Source of the DNA: an uncultured bacterium
GTDB lineage: Bacteria > Bacillota_I > Bacilli_A > RFN20 > CAG-826
DNA: 64,000 bases
Reading direction: 5' to 3'
Assembly (NCBI GenBank): GCA_949290395.1
Contig: CASERQ010000002.1
Coordinates: 206,079 to 270,078, forward strand
A program made the translations under genes and the position numbers. Below, piece by piece: positions 43,097 through 52,139 of this stretch (within the stretch, counting starts at the first letter, position 1; every line of letters begins with the position of its first letter). The notes below the pieces were generated by a model, which was given only the letters and a program-made list of their open reading frames with translations, ran no database searches and had not been told where the DNA came from.

Positions 43097-44611
43097 CTAT
43101 TTTGCACTACGATTATATTTAACTAAAATCTCTTTAATAGAATTTTTAAGATGCGTTGTTAAATCACTCCACAAAAATCTATATGTCCAGTTTTCTTCAT
43201 TAACAGTTCCTGGTACGTTCATTCTAGCTTCTTTCCCTTGAAAAAGAATATCTGACATCATTAAAGTTACGTGATTTGCTTTACTCGCCAAGGCGACTTC
43301 AATTGCAAGACGCGATTTCTCAAATAAAGAAGCTCCCTCAATAACTTCTACTCCAAGTTTATGTGCTTCTTCTTTAATACGTTGATCACCAAGTTTAATC
43401 ATTTCAGGATCTAAAGTCTCATAAGTCCCTTTAATAGTATTATTATCGTGATCTCCTAAATAAAGATAAACATTTTCACTAATATTTGAAGGAAGTAATT
43501 CTTCTTTATAGAATTTTGTATCAAACATGTTTCTAAAGAAAATTCTAAGGCCTGGCAAGCCACTTTCTTTAACAAAGTTATCGACTTTTTCAGAATACAT
43601 TCCAGCATCGTTTGCTATTAAATTTAAGTTTGATTTAATGTCTTCAATAAACTTAATTCCAGGACCTTTTAGATAAATTCCTTTTTTAGCATTTTTACTT
43701 CTAAAAGGAACAGCGTAAACTTCAACAAATCCTCTAAAATGGTTTAATTTTGTTCGATCAAAAAAACTTTTAGAAAGATTTAAACGGTACTTCCGCCATT
43801 TATAATTATTAAGTTCCATGTACTCCCAATCATAAAGAGGATAGCCCCATTTTTGTCCATCTTTTCTAAAATAATCTGGCGGGAAGCCAACAACATAAGT
43901 AGGAATATTCCTTTTATCAATCAAAAATAACTCTGGACTCATATACATTGCATCAGAGTTATAACTTAAAAAGTGAGGAACTTCACCAATTATATCGATG
44001 TGTTTACTTTTAGCATAAGCATGTAATTTATCCCATTGTTTTATAAAAATAAAAGATAAAAATAAATAATAATCTATGAGATCTGCATGCTTTTTGGTAT
44101 ATTCTTCCTTGATTTCTTCAGAATAATATCTGTCTTCAAGCCTAAAGTTATACCAAGAATTATTGTTATTTAATGATTTGATGGTTCTAAATAAAGCATA
44201 TTGAAAACGATAGTTGTTATTTTTGAATTCTAAGAATTCTTTATCTTCTTTGTTAAATCTACGAAAAGCGATTTTGAGAAGATTTTCTTTGATTATTTTT
44301 AAAGAAGCATAATTTACTTTTCGAGGAGATTGCGTAAAATTAATCCCTGTAAAATCACGACTTGTAAGTAAGCCATCTTTTATAAGTTCATCAAAATCAA
44401 TAAGTAAATAATTTAAGCTAAAAGCACTAGGAATATCATAAGGAGAATTTCCTCCTCCTATATCTTCAATAGGTAAAATTTCCCAATATGAAAATCCAGT
44501 CTCACTTAAAAAATCTATAAATTTAAATGCATTTTCTCCTAATGTTCCAATTCCATATTTCCCAGGAAGCGAACTTATTGCAAGTAATACGCCACATTCT
44601 TTTTGACTCAT
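43097..44611 (-). CDS. GH77 amylomaltase paralogue lacking nucleophile and acid/base residues
   Basis: Full-length MalQ-like (GFPPDYF..DGQKWGYP), but KLNHFRGF and IANDAG replace RIDHFRGF and VAEDLG. Confidence 0.9.
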   Translation of the reverse strand: MSQKECGVLLAISSLPGKYGIGTLGENAFKFIDFLSETGFSYWEILPIEDIGGGNSPYDIPSAFSLNYLLIDFDELIKDGLLTSRDFTGINFTQSPRKVNYASLKIIKENLLKIAFRRFNKEDKEFLEFKNNNYRFQYALFRTIKSLNNNNSWYNFRLEDRYYSEEIKEEYTKKHADLIDYYLFLSFIFIKQWDKLHAYAKSKHIDIIGEVPHFLSYNSDAMYMSPELFLIDKRNIPTYVVGFPPDYFRKDGQKWGYPLYDWEYMELNNYKWRKYRLNLSKSFFDRTKLNHFRGFVEVYAVPFRSKNAKKGIYLKGPGIKFIEDIKSNLNLIANDAGMYSEKVDNFVKESGLPGLRIFFRNMFDTKFYKEELLPSNISENVYLYLGDHDNNTIKGTYETLDPEMIKLGDQRIKEEAHKLGVEVIEGASLFEKSRLAIEVALASKANHVTLMMSDILFQGKEARMNVPGTVNEENWTYRFLWSDLTTHLKNSIKEILVKYNRSAK

Positions 44612-44701
44612 GACTAAATTCTATAAACTTTTCTTTTAAAAAGCATTAAAAAGTATTTTTTAAAATTGATTTTGACTCTTCTCTTTACTAACATAATATC
44701 T

Positions 44702-45988
44702 ATGAAAAACTATTTAAAAAATCAAATTATTTATCAAGTTTACGTTAGAAACTTCACTAAGGAAGGTACTTTCAATGCATTAAAAGCAAAACTTGATCAC
44801 ATCAAAGCTTTAAAAACCGATATCGTTTATCTTTTACCTGTTTCTCCAATTGGAGAAATTAATAGAAAGGGTGATTTAGGTTCTCCTTATTCAATTAAAG
44901 ATTATACTAAAATCAATCCAGAGCTAGGAACACTAGAAGATTTTAAAGATCTCATCTCTGAGACTCATAAAAAAGGTATGAAGATCATGATTGATATAGT
45001 CTATAATCACACTTCTTGCGATTCATGGATTAAAGAAAATCACCCTGAATGGATGTTCCATAAAGATGGTAAGATTACTGGAAAAGTTCCTGTTTGGAGT
45101 GATGTATATGATTTAGACTACTCTCATCCTGAACTTATCAAATATCTAGTTGATGTAATTGAATACTACTGCTCTTTAGGCGTCGATGGATTTAGATTTG
45201 ACGTCGCAAGTTTAATTACTAAAGAATTCTTCATTGCTTTAAGAAAAATGCTTGATGAAAAATATCCTGAAACCATTTTACTTGCAGAAAGCGTTCATCC
45301 AGGATTTGTTGATTCTTTAAGAAGTCAAAATTATAACGCTCTTAGTGATTCAGAGCTTTATCAATACGCTTTCGACCTTCTTTATCCATATAATAGTTAT
45401 GAAAATTTACGTAACTATTTAGATACAAAAGATGTTAGATGGCTTGATTATTATAAATTCTCAGTCTTGCTTGAAGACAGCATGACTCAAGATTTTGCTC
45501 TTCGTATTAGAGGCTATGAAAATCATGACCAAAAAAGATTCTATGAATTTACTCATGACTTTACTTTAATGAGAAATCTTGCTGCTCTTGCCCCATTTAT
45601 GAAAGGGCCACTCTTTATTTACAATGGACTTGAAACAACAGCCGATCACATGAATAGTCTTTTTACAAAAGACGTCATGAGCTGGGATATCGACAAAGAT
45701 TGGTATGACTTCATTCTTAAACTTTCTGAATATAAGAAAGACGAAAAGAATCTTGAATTAAATACAACTTCTATTCTTTTAACAAAAGGCGAAAATGTTG
45801 CTTTAAAAAATACCTACAAAGATGAAAGTTACTCTTATGGATTATTCTCTTTAACTGGTAAAGAAGAATTAATTGAAGATGAGGCTTTAGTAGATGGAGA
45901 ATATGTTGATTATTTAACAAACAAAACTTATCTAGTTAAAGATCACAAAATAAAAGTTAAAGAACCACTTTATCTCTTTAAAAAGTAA
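44702..45988 (+). CDS. Cytoplasmic GH13 alpha-amylase-family glycosidase
   Basis: GSPYSIKDY, DIVYNH, GFRFDVAS, LAES, ENHD (catalytic triad intact). Start corrected to MKNYL. Confidence 0.92.
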   Translation: MKNYLKNQIIYQVYVRNFTKEGTFNALKAKLDHIKALKTDIVYLLPVSPIGEINRKGDLGSPYSIKDYTKINPELGTLEDFKDLISETHKKGMKIMIDIVYNHTSCDSWIKENHPEWMFHKDGKITGKVPVWSDVYDLDYSHPELIKYLVDVIEYYCSLGVDGFRFDVASLITKEFFIALRKMLDEKYPETILLAESVHPGFVDSLRSQNYNALSDSELYQYAFDLLYPYNSYENLRNYLDTKDVRWLDYYKFSVLLEDSMTQDFALRIRGYENHDQKRFYEFTHDFTLMRNLAALAPFMKGPLFIYNGLETTADHMNSLFTKDVMSWDIDKDWYDFILKLSEYKKDEKNLELNTTSILLTKGENVALKNTYKDESYSYGLFSLTGKEELIEDEALVDGEYVDYLTNKTYLVKDHKIKVKEPLYLFKK

Positions 45989-45989
45989 T

Positions 45990-46415
45990 ATGCGTTTAAA
46001 ATTATTTCGTATTTTTAATTTGGCTGCTAACATAGTCTCTTTAGCAGTTTCCATAATCGTCTTTGTTTTTTCGATTATTCACGATGAAGATCCATTCCAT
46101 ATGGCAGCAATTGCTTGTGGTCTTGCAGTAGTTTTTTCAATATTTTTGCTTGCTGTTAGTATTAAAAATATTCATAAACAAACATGTATGCTAGTTGATC
46201 TAGCATTCAACAAAGACTTCTCAAAAAACAAAGTTGCTTTTTATGGAGCAATTGTTTTGCTTGTATTAAGTGTACTAATGGTAATTGGTGGAATTTTACT
46301 AATTACTTTAGTCAAACAATATCTAATTGCCTGTCCATTAATGGAGTTAGGGAATATTATTTTCTTTAATATTATTTCTTTCTTTGTCTATATGTATGTC
46401 GAACTTCACTACTAA
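45990..46415 (+). CDS. Hypothetical 4-TM membrane protein
   Basis: Four hydrophobic segments; starts 1 nt after the amylase stop. Confidence 0.75.
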   Translation: MRLKLFRIFNLAANIVSLAVSIIVFVFSIIHDEDPFHMAAIACGLAVVFSIFLLAVSIKNIHKQTCMLVDLAFNKDFSKNKVAFYGAIVLLVLSVLMVIGGILLITLVKQYLIACPLMELGNIIFFNIISFFVYMYVELHY

Positions 46416-46458
46416 AAAAATGGAGTTTTGCAGGGATTTTAAATAATATTAAGAGTTT

Positions 46459-46668
46459 TTAAAAGATAAGACCATGAATTAGATTTCTATTTATGGTCTT
46501 TTTTGATGTTTCATAAAGCACAAAACTACCATAAATCGCTATTTCTAAAATTATGATAGAGTAATAATAAAACTCAGGATCTTTTATGTCAGGACGCGTA
46601 GCAAAAACAATAAACAAAACTATATCAATTACTAAAAACACCAAAAATAAAATAACACTCTTTTTCAT
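46459..46668 (-). CDS. Small 2-TM hypothetical protein
   Basis: GAGGT SD and two hydrophobic segments. Confidence 0.6.
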   Translation of the reverse strand: MKKSVILFLVFLVIDIVLFIVFATRPDIKDPEFYYYSIIILEIAIYGSFVLYETSKKTINRNLIHGLIF

Positions 46669-46704
46669 TTTCTAACCTCATTTATAAAGCAAAAATATCT
46701 AATC

Positions 46705-47628
46705 CTATTTTCTAACTTTGACAACATCTCCTTCTTCAAGTTCACCTATTAATAAAGATGAATTTTCATCATGATTTTTATAATTTTCTTTTACTTTATT
46801 TTCATCAAAATTCGCGTAGCAATATTTACATAAAGATAAACAAGAATTGTAATCTCCTATATCCACTGTTTCTACGCACTTACAAGTAAACTTATCATTT
46901 CCTTTTGTTGTTTTCTTAAATTTAACTACTTTGTTTAACTTTTTCATTAGACTATTTGCGTGTTCTAATGATAAGCAGGCACCTTGTTTAAAACCATATT
47001 CACTTAAATCATTACGTTCGCCACAAGTAAATATTTCAAAATTATTGTCTTTAGCTATCTCATAAAAGTTTTTACCAATTACTTCATAATCTTTTTCAGT
47101 GAAAGGTAAAATACGTAGGAATTTATCATTATTTTTTAAAACATTTTTATATAAATCAATAAATGATATAACAATAGTATTAGCATAGCCTTTTAAACTT
47201 TCGCATAACTTTTTAAATGCTTTTATATGATATGAAATTGTATATTTTTCACTTTTAAAGATTGGATCAAAGCGTATAAAAATATTTTCTTTTCCATACC
47301 TTAAAGATAATTTTTTTACGCTTTCTATCACTTCTTTTTTGATTTTGCCTATACGAGGTTCTATGTCTTCTTTATAAGGCGTAATTGTAATATGAAAAAC
47401 TAAAGGAATTCCTTTTGTTAAGTTATCTAACTCATCTAAATAAGGAAAAAGTGGAATAGGATTTTTAGTACAAAACATAATAATATCCACGTCTTCCATA
47501 TAAATTCTTGATACAAGTCTTCTATTATAAGGATTTCTTGTATCAAAAAATCCAGCTTTTAGTCGATTAATAAGCCATTTTGGATAGTAAGTTAAAATAT
47601 CAGTTCTGCCACTAATAAATAAGACCAT
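46705..47628 (-). CDS. DUF1848 family (radical-SAM-related) protein
   Basis: ISGRTDI, FCTKNP, RFDPI, C-terminal CKC..DIG.YNSC...CKYCYAN. Confidence 0.9.
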   Translation of the reverse strand: MVLFISGRTDILTYYPKWLINRLKAGFFDTRNPYNRRLVSRIYMEDVDIIMFCTKNPIPLFPYLDELDNLTKGIPLVFHITITPYKEDIEPRIGKIKKEVIESVKKLSLRYGKENIFIRFDPIFKSEKYTISYHIKAFKKLCESLKGYANTIVISFIDLYKNVLKNNDKFLRILPFTEKDYEVIGKNFYEIAKDNNFEIFTCGERNDLSEYGFKQGACLSLEHANSLMKKLNKVVKFKKTTKGNDKFTCKCVETVDIGDYNSCLSLCKYCYANFDENKVKENYKNHDENSSLLIGELEEGDVVKVRK

Positions 47629-47721
47629 GAGTTTAATTTAAATCAAACTTTGTTATTTTGACAATAAGAAAAAATATATTATGTTTCTAAATAAGAATTG
47701 CTGAATAAATCGATTTATAAT

Positions 47722-50700
47722 CTAACTCTTGTAATATTTAAATGAACAAGATTTTTCTGGATCATCAAAAAGAATAAAAATGGAATAGGTGCCTTTCTGT
47801 AAATGATATATTTTGAATTCTTTTCCGCTATCAGGATCGCTCCAAACTCGATCATAGTCAGGTAACAAATTGTCATCACTATTTTTTAAAGCATCGTAAA
47901 AAACAAAATCTGCAGCATTATTATATTCAAATGTATAATCTCCCTCTTCTTGAATTTCTAATTCGACAACAAATGCTCCTAAATTATAAGAATCTTCAAT
48001 AACAATTTCACTATTTTCTTCTATTTTCACACACTCTATAACATCATACTTTAAAACATACTCTTTTTCGTTATAGTTAATATAATTTTCCTTTACTCCT
48101 GGGGTAGTTAAATCAATTGCAGAAACCAAAGTTGTTGACGGAATGTAGGTATAATTATAAAAATGACCATCTATTAATCCACCATCAAGATTTATGTATT
48201 CATAAACATAAGAATCTACGCCTATATAAATATCATACGGATAATCAATACCAATATCTTGGTTTTGTACAAAAGATGGAAAATACAGAAACGCATCTTC
48301 TTCTTGAATAATTTCTACGTAGATATAGCTAGGAATATCTTTTTCAAAAGAAGTTGTTTCTACAACATCAATATAAATGTCGACAGGATTCCCAAAGTAG
48401 CCATTTAATGTACTTGTAAAAACTACTGTAGAACCAACATCTGAATAACTTGGGTTAAAGTCATTAAAACTCTCTTGCGTAAAGTAAAATTGTTCAATAA
48501 CCTTTACTTTCTTTGTTAATCGTCCACTTGCATCTCTATATAAACCTCTAATTCCATAATAAACATCAACATAATCTTCTAAAAACATGCCGCTATTATA
48601 ATCATAAGGTGTATTTACATAGTATTTAGGTTCTCTATCTCCAGACAATAATTCATTCACGTAGTATTCAAACTTAAATGTTTTATTCGTCGTTTGATCA
48701 AAATATGTTGTTTGAACTTTCCCTGCAATTGAAGTATCTAAATGATTAGAAAAATCCGTTTTATTTAAATTAAATGCATATGATTCCGTTTTTATCGAAC
48801 ATTCAATGCCAAATTCGTTTTGGATTACTGTCATCTCGTATCCATAATAGTATAATTCATCATCTACAGGTACAAACTGATAAAAAGATTTATTCTCTAA
48901 ACAATATTCTTTTGTTATAACCTCTGAAACATAAACTTTTGTTAGGAAGTTATTTCCATTAGTATCTTTAAAAGTCATTGTTGTTAGACCTGGCTTTGAC
49001 GTATCTAATTCAGTTAAAGAATCGATAGAATTAAAATCCAAATATATAAATCTTTCACCAAAAAATTCGTCCTCAAAAACTATTGTTATAGTAAGGTTGG
49101 AAATCATGAGGTCCTCTACATTTTGCTCCTCATACAAATAGTTTCCAGGTGTATAAATTTTACCATTAATAATTTGTTCATCTTCGTAAACAAAATAAAC
49201 TATATATAGATATACTCCTTCAAATTCCAAAAAAGCACTTTTTAAACCTGTTGTTGATAAATCTAAATTAAATTGACCTAACGAAATCGTATAGTACTCA
49301 CTATTTAAGCCAGACCCAAAGATTAAATCAATGTTTTCTAAATCATTAATGCTAATTCTACTTCTGTTAAAACATAAAGTCTGTGAATATAATGAGGATA
49401 TTGGCCATATATAACTATAACTTAATAAATTTTTAAATTTATCTGGAATAGTCAAACTATAATATGGTGAATTATTAACTACATAATAAAATTGAGACAC
49501 TTCAAATCCTTTATAATAAAGAAAGCCAATTCCAGAATGAACATATGTCGTATCTACTCCCACGACTGAGTATAGACTTTTTAAACTTTCATCCATAGAA
49601 ATAAGAAAATGAGATAATGGATCCGAATTCAGTGAAAAACTAATAACATCGCCATAATAACATAACTGCACTTCATTATTATTTTTTTCAAAGTTCTTAA
49701 GAGTGTCGGTCAAATTAGAAATATAATCTTCAAAATAGTTTTTTATTGAATCCGTATTTTGCTCTTCTCCTACTAGACCTTGCAAGTCTTCAGCAAGAGA
49801 AAAAAGTTCTGCGATACGAAATTCAATTACGTCAATATTTGCAAAATTATAACTGTTATAAAACATATTGTAATTATTAGGAATTACATTGAAAATAACC
49901 TTAGCAAGAATGTTTAAAATAATTTCAAAACCGTCAACAAATTTAACAAAAAAATCGTCATTTTGCATTAATAACTGAAAATTTGAAGAATTTTTTAATT
50001 CTAGAAACGAGCGCAAATAATATTCGGATTTATTTATATTGAGAGAATTATTAATCAAATCAGAAATAAAAGTTAAAATCCCGTCTGAGTGCGTATCATT
50101 TACTACATAATCAGACAAAACTTTTAGTGAATAATAAAAAGATTTAATATCATTTTCATCTTTTGTGTCAAAAAAACTAAATGTCTCTTTAAGTGCATCA
50201 AAACTAATATAAAAACCACAAATTTTCAAACAATATCCAATAATTACACCTAAGTTTTCATTCTTTAATAAAGAAAGAAATGAATCATAACCAGGTAGAA
50301 TATCATTTATTATTTTAAAGATAACTTTCAGATTACTTCTTGATAATTTATAATCATCAGGATTTTCGAATTTTTCTAAATCTTCCATTGTAAAATTATC
50401 AAATAGAAGGCGAGTAAAGTCATAACTTATTTTAGAAAATTTAAATAAATTATTTTCAGAAACATTACTTGAAGGCAACTTCATCGAACCACTTTCAATA
50501 TTCGGATTTATAAAACTTCCGAAATAATTTGCTGCCTCAAAATTTCCTTCGTTTTCATAATATGTTTTCAGCATTTTACTATCTTTATACAAAGCATCAA
50601 TTGAATTGATAATGTAGAGCATCTGCCAATTCAAGTAATAATACATTATTTGATTAAAAAGATTCTCTGGAACAGAAGATGATAAATTTGAAATTGCTCC

Positions 50701-52056
50701 GGCAAAATAATTACCTTCGTATGAACTAGAAGCAAATAGATAGCTAAAACATGAAACCACTGTTTTTAATGACTCTAAAGGCATATCAATTTTGCTTATT
50801 ACACAATCATAAAAATCACAAGCAAAATAGCTATTATTGGTTAATGAAGCATCATAATTCATGCCAAAAACTTCATTAACAGTATTTAAATAATCTGCAT
50901 AACTTATTCGATTCCCAGAATCCGGATATGGCACCGCATCTATTTCATAACCTTTTTCAAATTCTGCTACTGGATCAAAAGGGGCTTCACTAAACCCAAT
51001 ACTAATAATGTTTTCACCTTCGTTTGGATAAATCTTATATAAATTATCTGAAATTTGATTGTAATCACTAGGAATGTAAATGTAATTTGTTTGAAAATTT
51101 TTATTTGGTTCAATTGTTAAAGTAACTTCTTCTCCCACTTCGCCTTCCGTTTTATCAACACTTGCGCTACCCAGACTTTCATCATATTCAAGCGCGATTT
51201 CAAAATATCTTATTGGTTTAACAAGCATATTAAAAGTTACAAATAAGGTGTTAGTTCCTCTTATTGGCGTAATTTTATATTCATTAATACTTGTTAATTC
51301 AAGTTGACTGCCATTAAAGTAAACTCCTTCGACTTCATAACCTTCATTTGGAACTACATTAAAAGTTACTTCCTTCGTTCCATCTGTGTAACCTGATGTA
51401 TTTTCTAAATTTATTGTTCCATATTTTTCGTTATAGACTAAATCGATATTAAAGTTTTCAAATTCTTCAATGATATTTCCGCCTTCAAATTCAACTTTAA
51501 CTAAGTTATCACCTTTAACGGGTTTAAAAGTAAATTCTAAATTTTCTTTGCTGAATTCAACATCATTAACAAGAATCGAAGAAACTTCATTACCTCCATA
51601 AGGTTTAACACTTACATTGACAAAAGTTTCAAGATAGTTAGACCCTTTTACTGGGCTCACCCTAACTTCGCCTTTAGTAGTATCATAATTAGTTAAAATT
51701 TGATATGAATTATCTACCGTTGGATCTACATATGGTTTATAGAAAGCAACAATAATTTCATTTTTTCCTTTTTGAGCCGTAAAAGAAATACTTTCGCTAA
51801 TTTCAGCTTTTATTCCATTAATTTTAACTAAACTAATCTCATAGCCGGCATTAGGTTTTATCTCTAAAGTAATAGTTTCACCTGGCTGACATTCAGTTTT
51901 TGAAGCCGTTACACTTCCTAAACTTTTATCATAGTTTAATTCAATTATAGTTTTTTCTTCTTGCGTTTCATTATTCGCACATCCACTTATACTAGGCAAA
52001 ATTATAGTTCCAAACGTTAGTGATAAAATTAAATTTAACAATAGTTTTCGTCTCAT
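47722..52056 (-). CDS. Giant surface lipoprotein, paralogue 1
   Basis: Lipobox ISGC; four ~80-aa N-terminal repeats (LxYDxxxGxV...VTLxIxPxxGY); helical core; C-terminal DTSxxG Ig-like repeats. Start 52056 fits SD spacing better than 52062. Confidence 0.82.
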   Translation of the reverse strand: MRRKLLLNLILSLTFGTIILPSISGCANNETQEEKTIIELNYDKSLGSVTASKTECQPGETITLEIKPNAGYEISLVKINGIKAEISESISFTAQKGKNEIIVAFYKPYVDPTVDNSYQILTNYDTTKGEVRVSPVKGSNYLETFVNVSVKPYGGNEVSSILVNDVEFSKENLEFTFKPVKGDNLVKVEFEGGNIIEEFENFNIDLVYNEKYGTINLENTSGYTDGTKEVTFNVVPNEGYEVEGVYFNGSQLELTSINEYKITPIRGTNTLFVTFNMLVKPIRYFEIALEYDESLGSASVDKTEGEVGEEVTLTIEPNKNFQTNYIYIPSDYNQISDNLYKIYPNEGENIISIGFSEAPFDPVAEFEKGYEIDAVPYPDSGNRISYADYLNTVNEVFGMNYDASLTNNSYFACDFYDCVISKIDMPLESLKTVVSCFSYLFASSSYEGNYFAGAISNLSSSVPENLFNQIMYYYLNWQMLYIINSIDALYKDSKMLKTYYENEGNFEAANYFGSFINPNIESGSMKLPSSNVSENNLFKFSKISYDFTRLLFDNFTMEDLEKFENPDDYKLSRSNLKVIFKIINDILPGYDSFLSLLKNENLGVIIGYCLKICGFYISFDALKETFSFFDTKDENDIKSFYYSLKVLSDYVVNDTHSDGILTFISDLINNSLNINKSEYYLRSFLELKNSSNFQLLMQNDDFFVKFVDGFEIILNILAKVIFNVIPNNYNMFYNSYNFANIDVIEFRIAELFSLAEDLQGLVGEEQNTDSIKNYFEDYISNLTDTLKNFEKNNNEVQLCYYGDVISFSLNSDPLSHFLISMDESLKSLYSVVGVDTTYVHSGIGFLYYKGFEVSQFYYVVNNSPYYSLTIPDKFKNLLSYSYIWPISSLYSQTLCFNRSRISINDLENIDLIFGSGLNSEYYTISLGQFNLDLSTTGLKSAFLEFEGVYLYIVYFVYEDEQIINGKIYTPGNYLYEEQNVEDLMISNLTITIVFEDEFFGERFIYLDFNSIDSLTELDTSKPGLTTMTFKDTNGNNFLTKVYVSEVITKEYCLENKSFYQFVPVDDELYYYGYEMTVIQNEFGIECSIKTESYAFNLNKTDFSNHLDTSIAGKVQTTYFDQTTNKTFKFEYYVNELLSGDREPKYYVNTPYDYNSGMFLEDYVDVYYGIRGLYRDASGRLTKKVKVIEQFYFTQESFNDFNPSYSDVGSTVVFTSTLNGYFGNPVDIYIDVVETTSFEKDIPSYIYVEIIQEEDAFLYFPSFVQNQDIGIDYPYDIYIGVDSYVYEYINLDGGLIDGHFYNYTYIPSTTLVSAIDLTTPGVKENYINYNEKEYVLKYDVIECVKIEENSEIVIEDSYNLGAFVVELEIQEEGDYTFEYNNAADFVFYDALKNSDDNLLPDYDRVWSDPDSGKEFKIYHLQKGTYSIFILFDDPEKSCSFKYYKS

Positions 52057-52139
52057 ATTCATACCTCTTTTAAAAAGTAAAAACTAGTTTTATCATTTTT
52101 TATTCAACACTTAATACATTTTTCGCATCGTATACTTTA

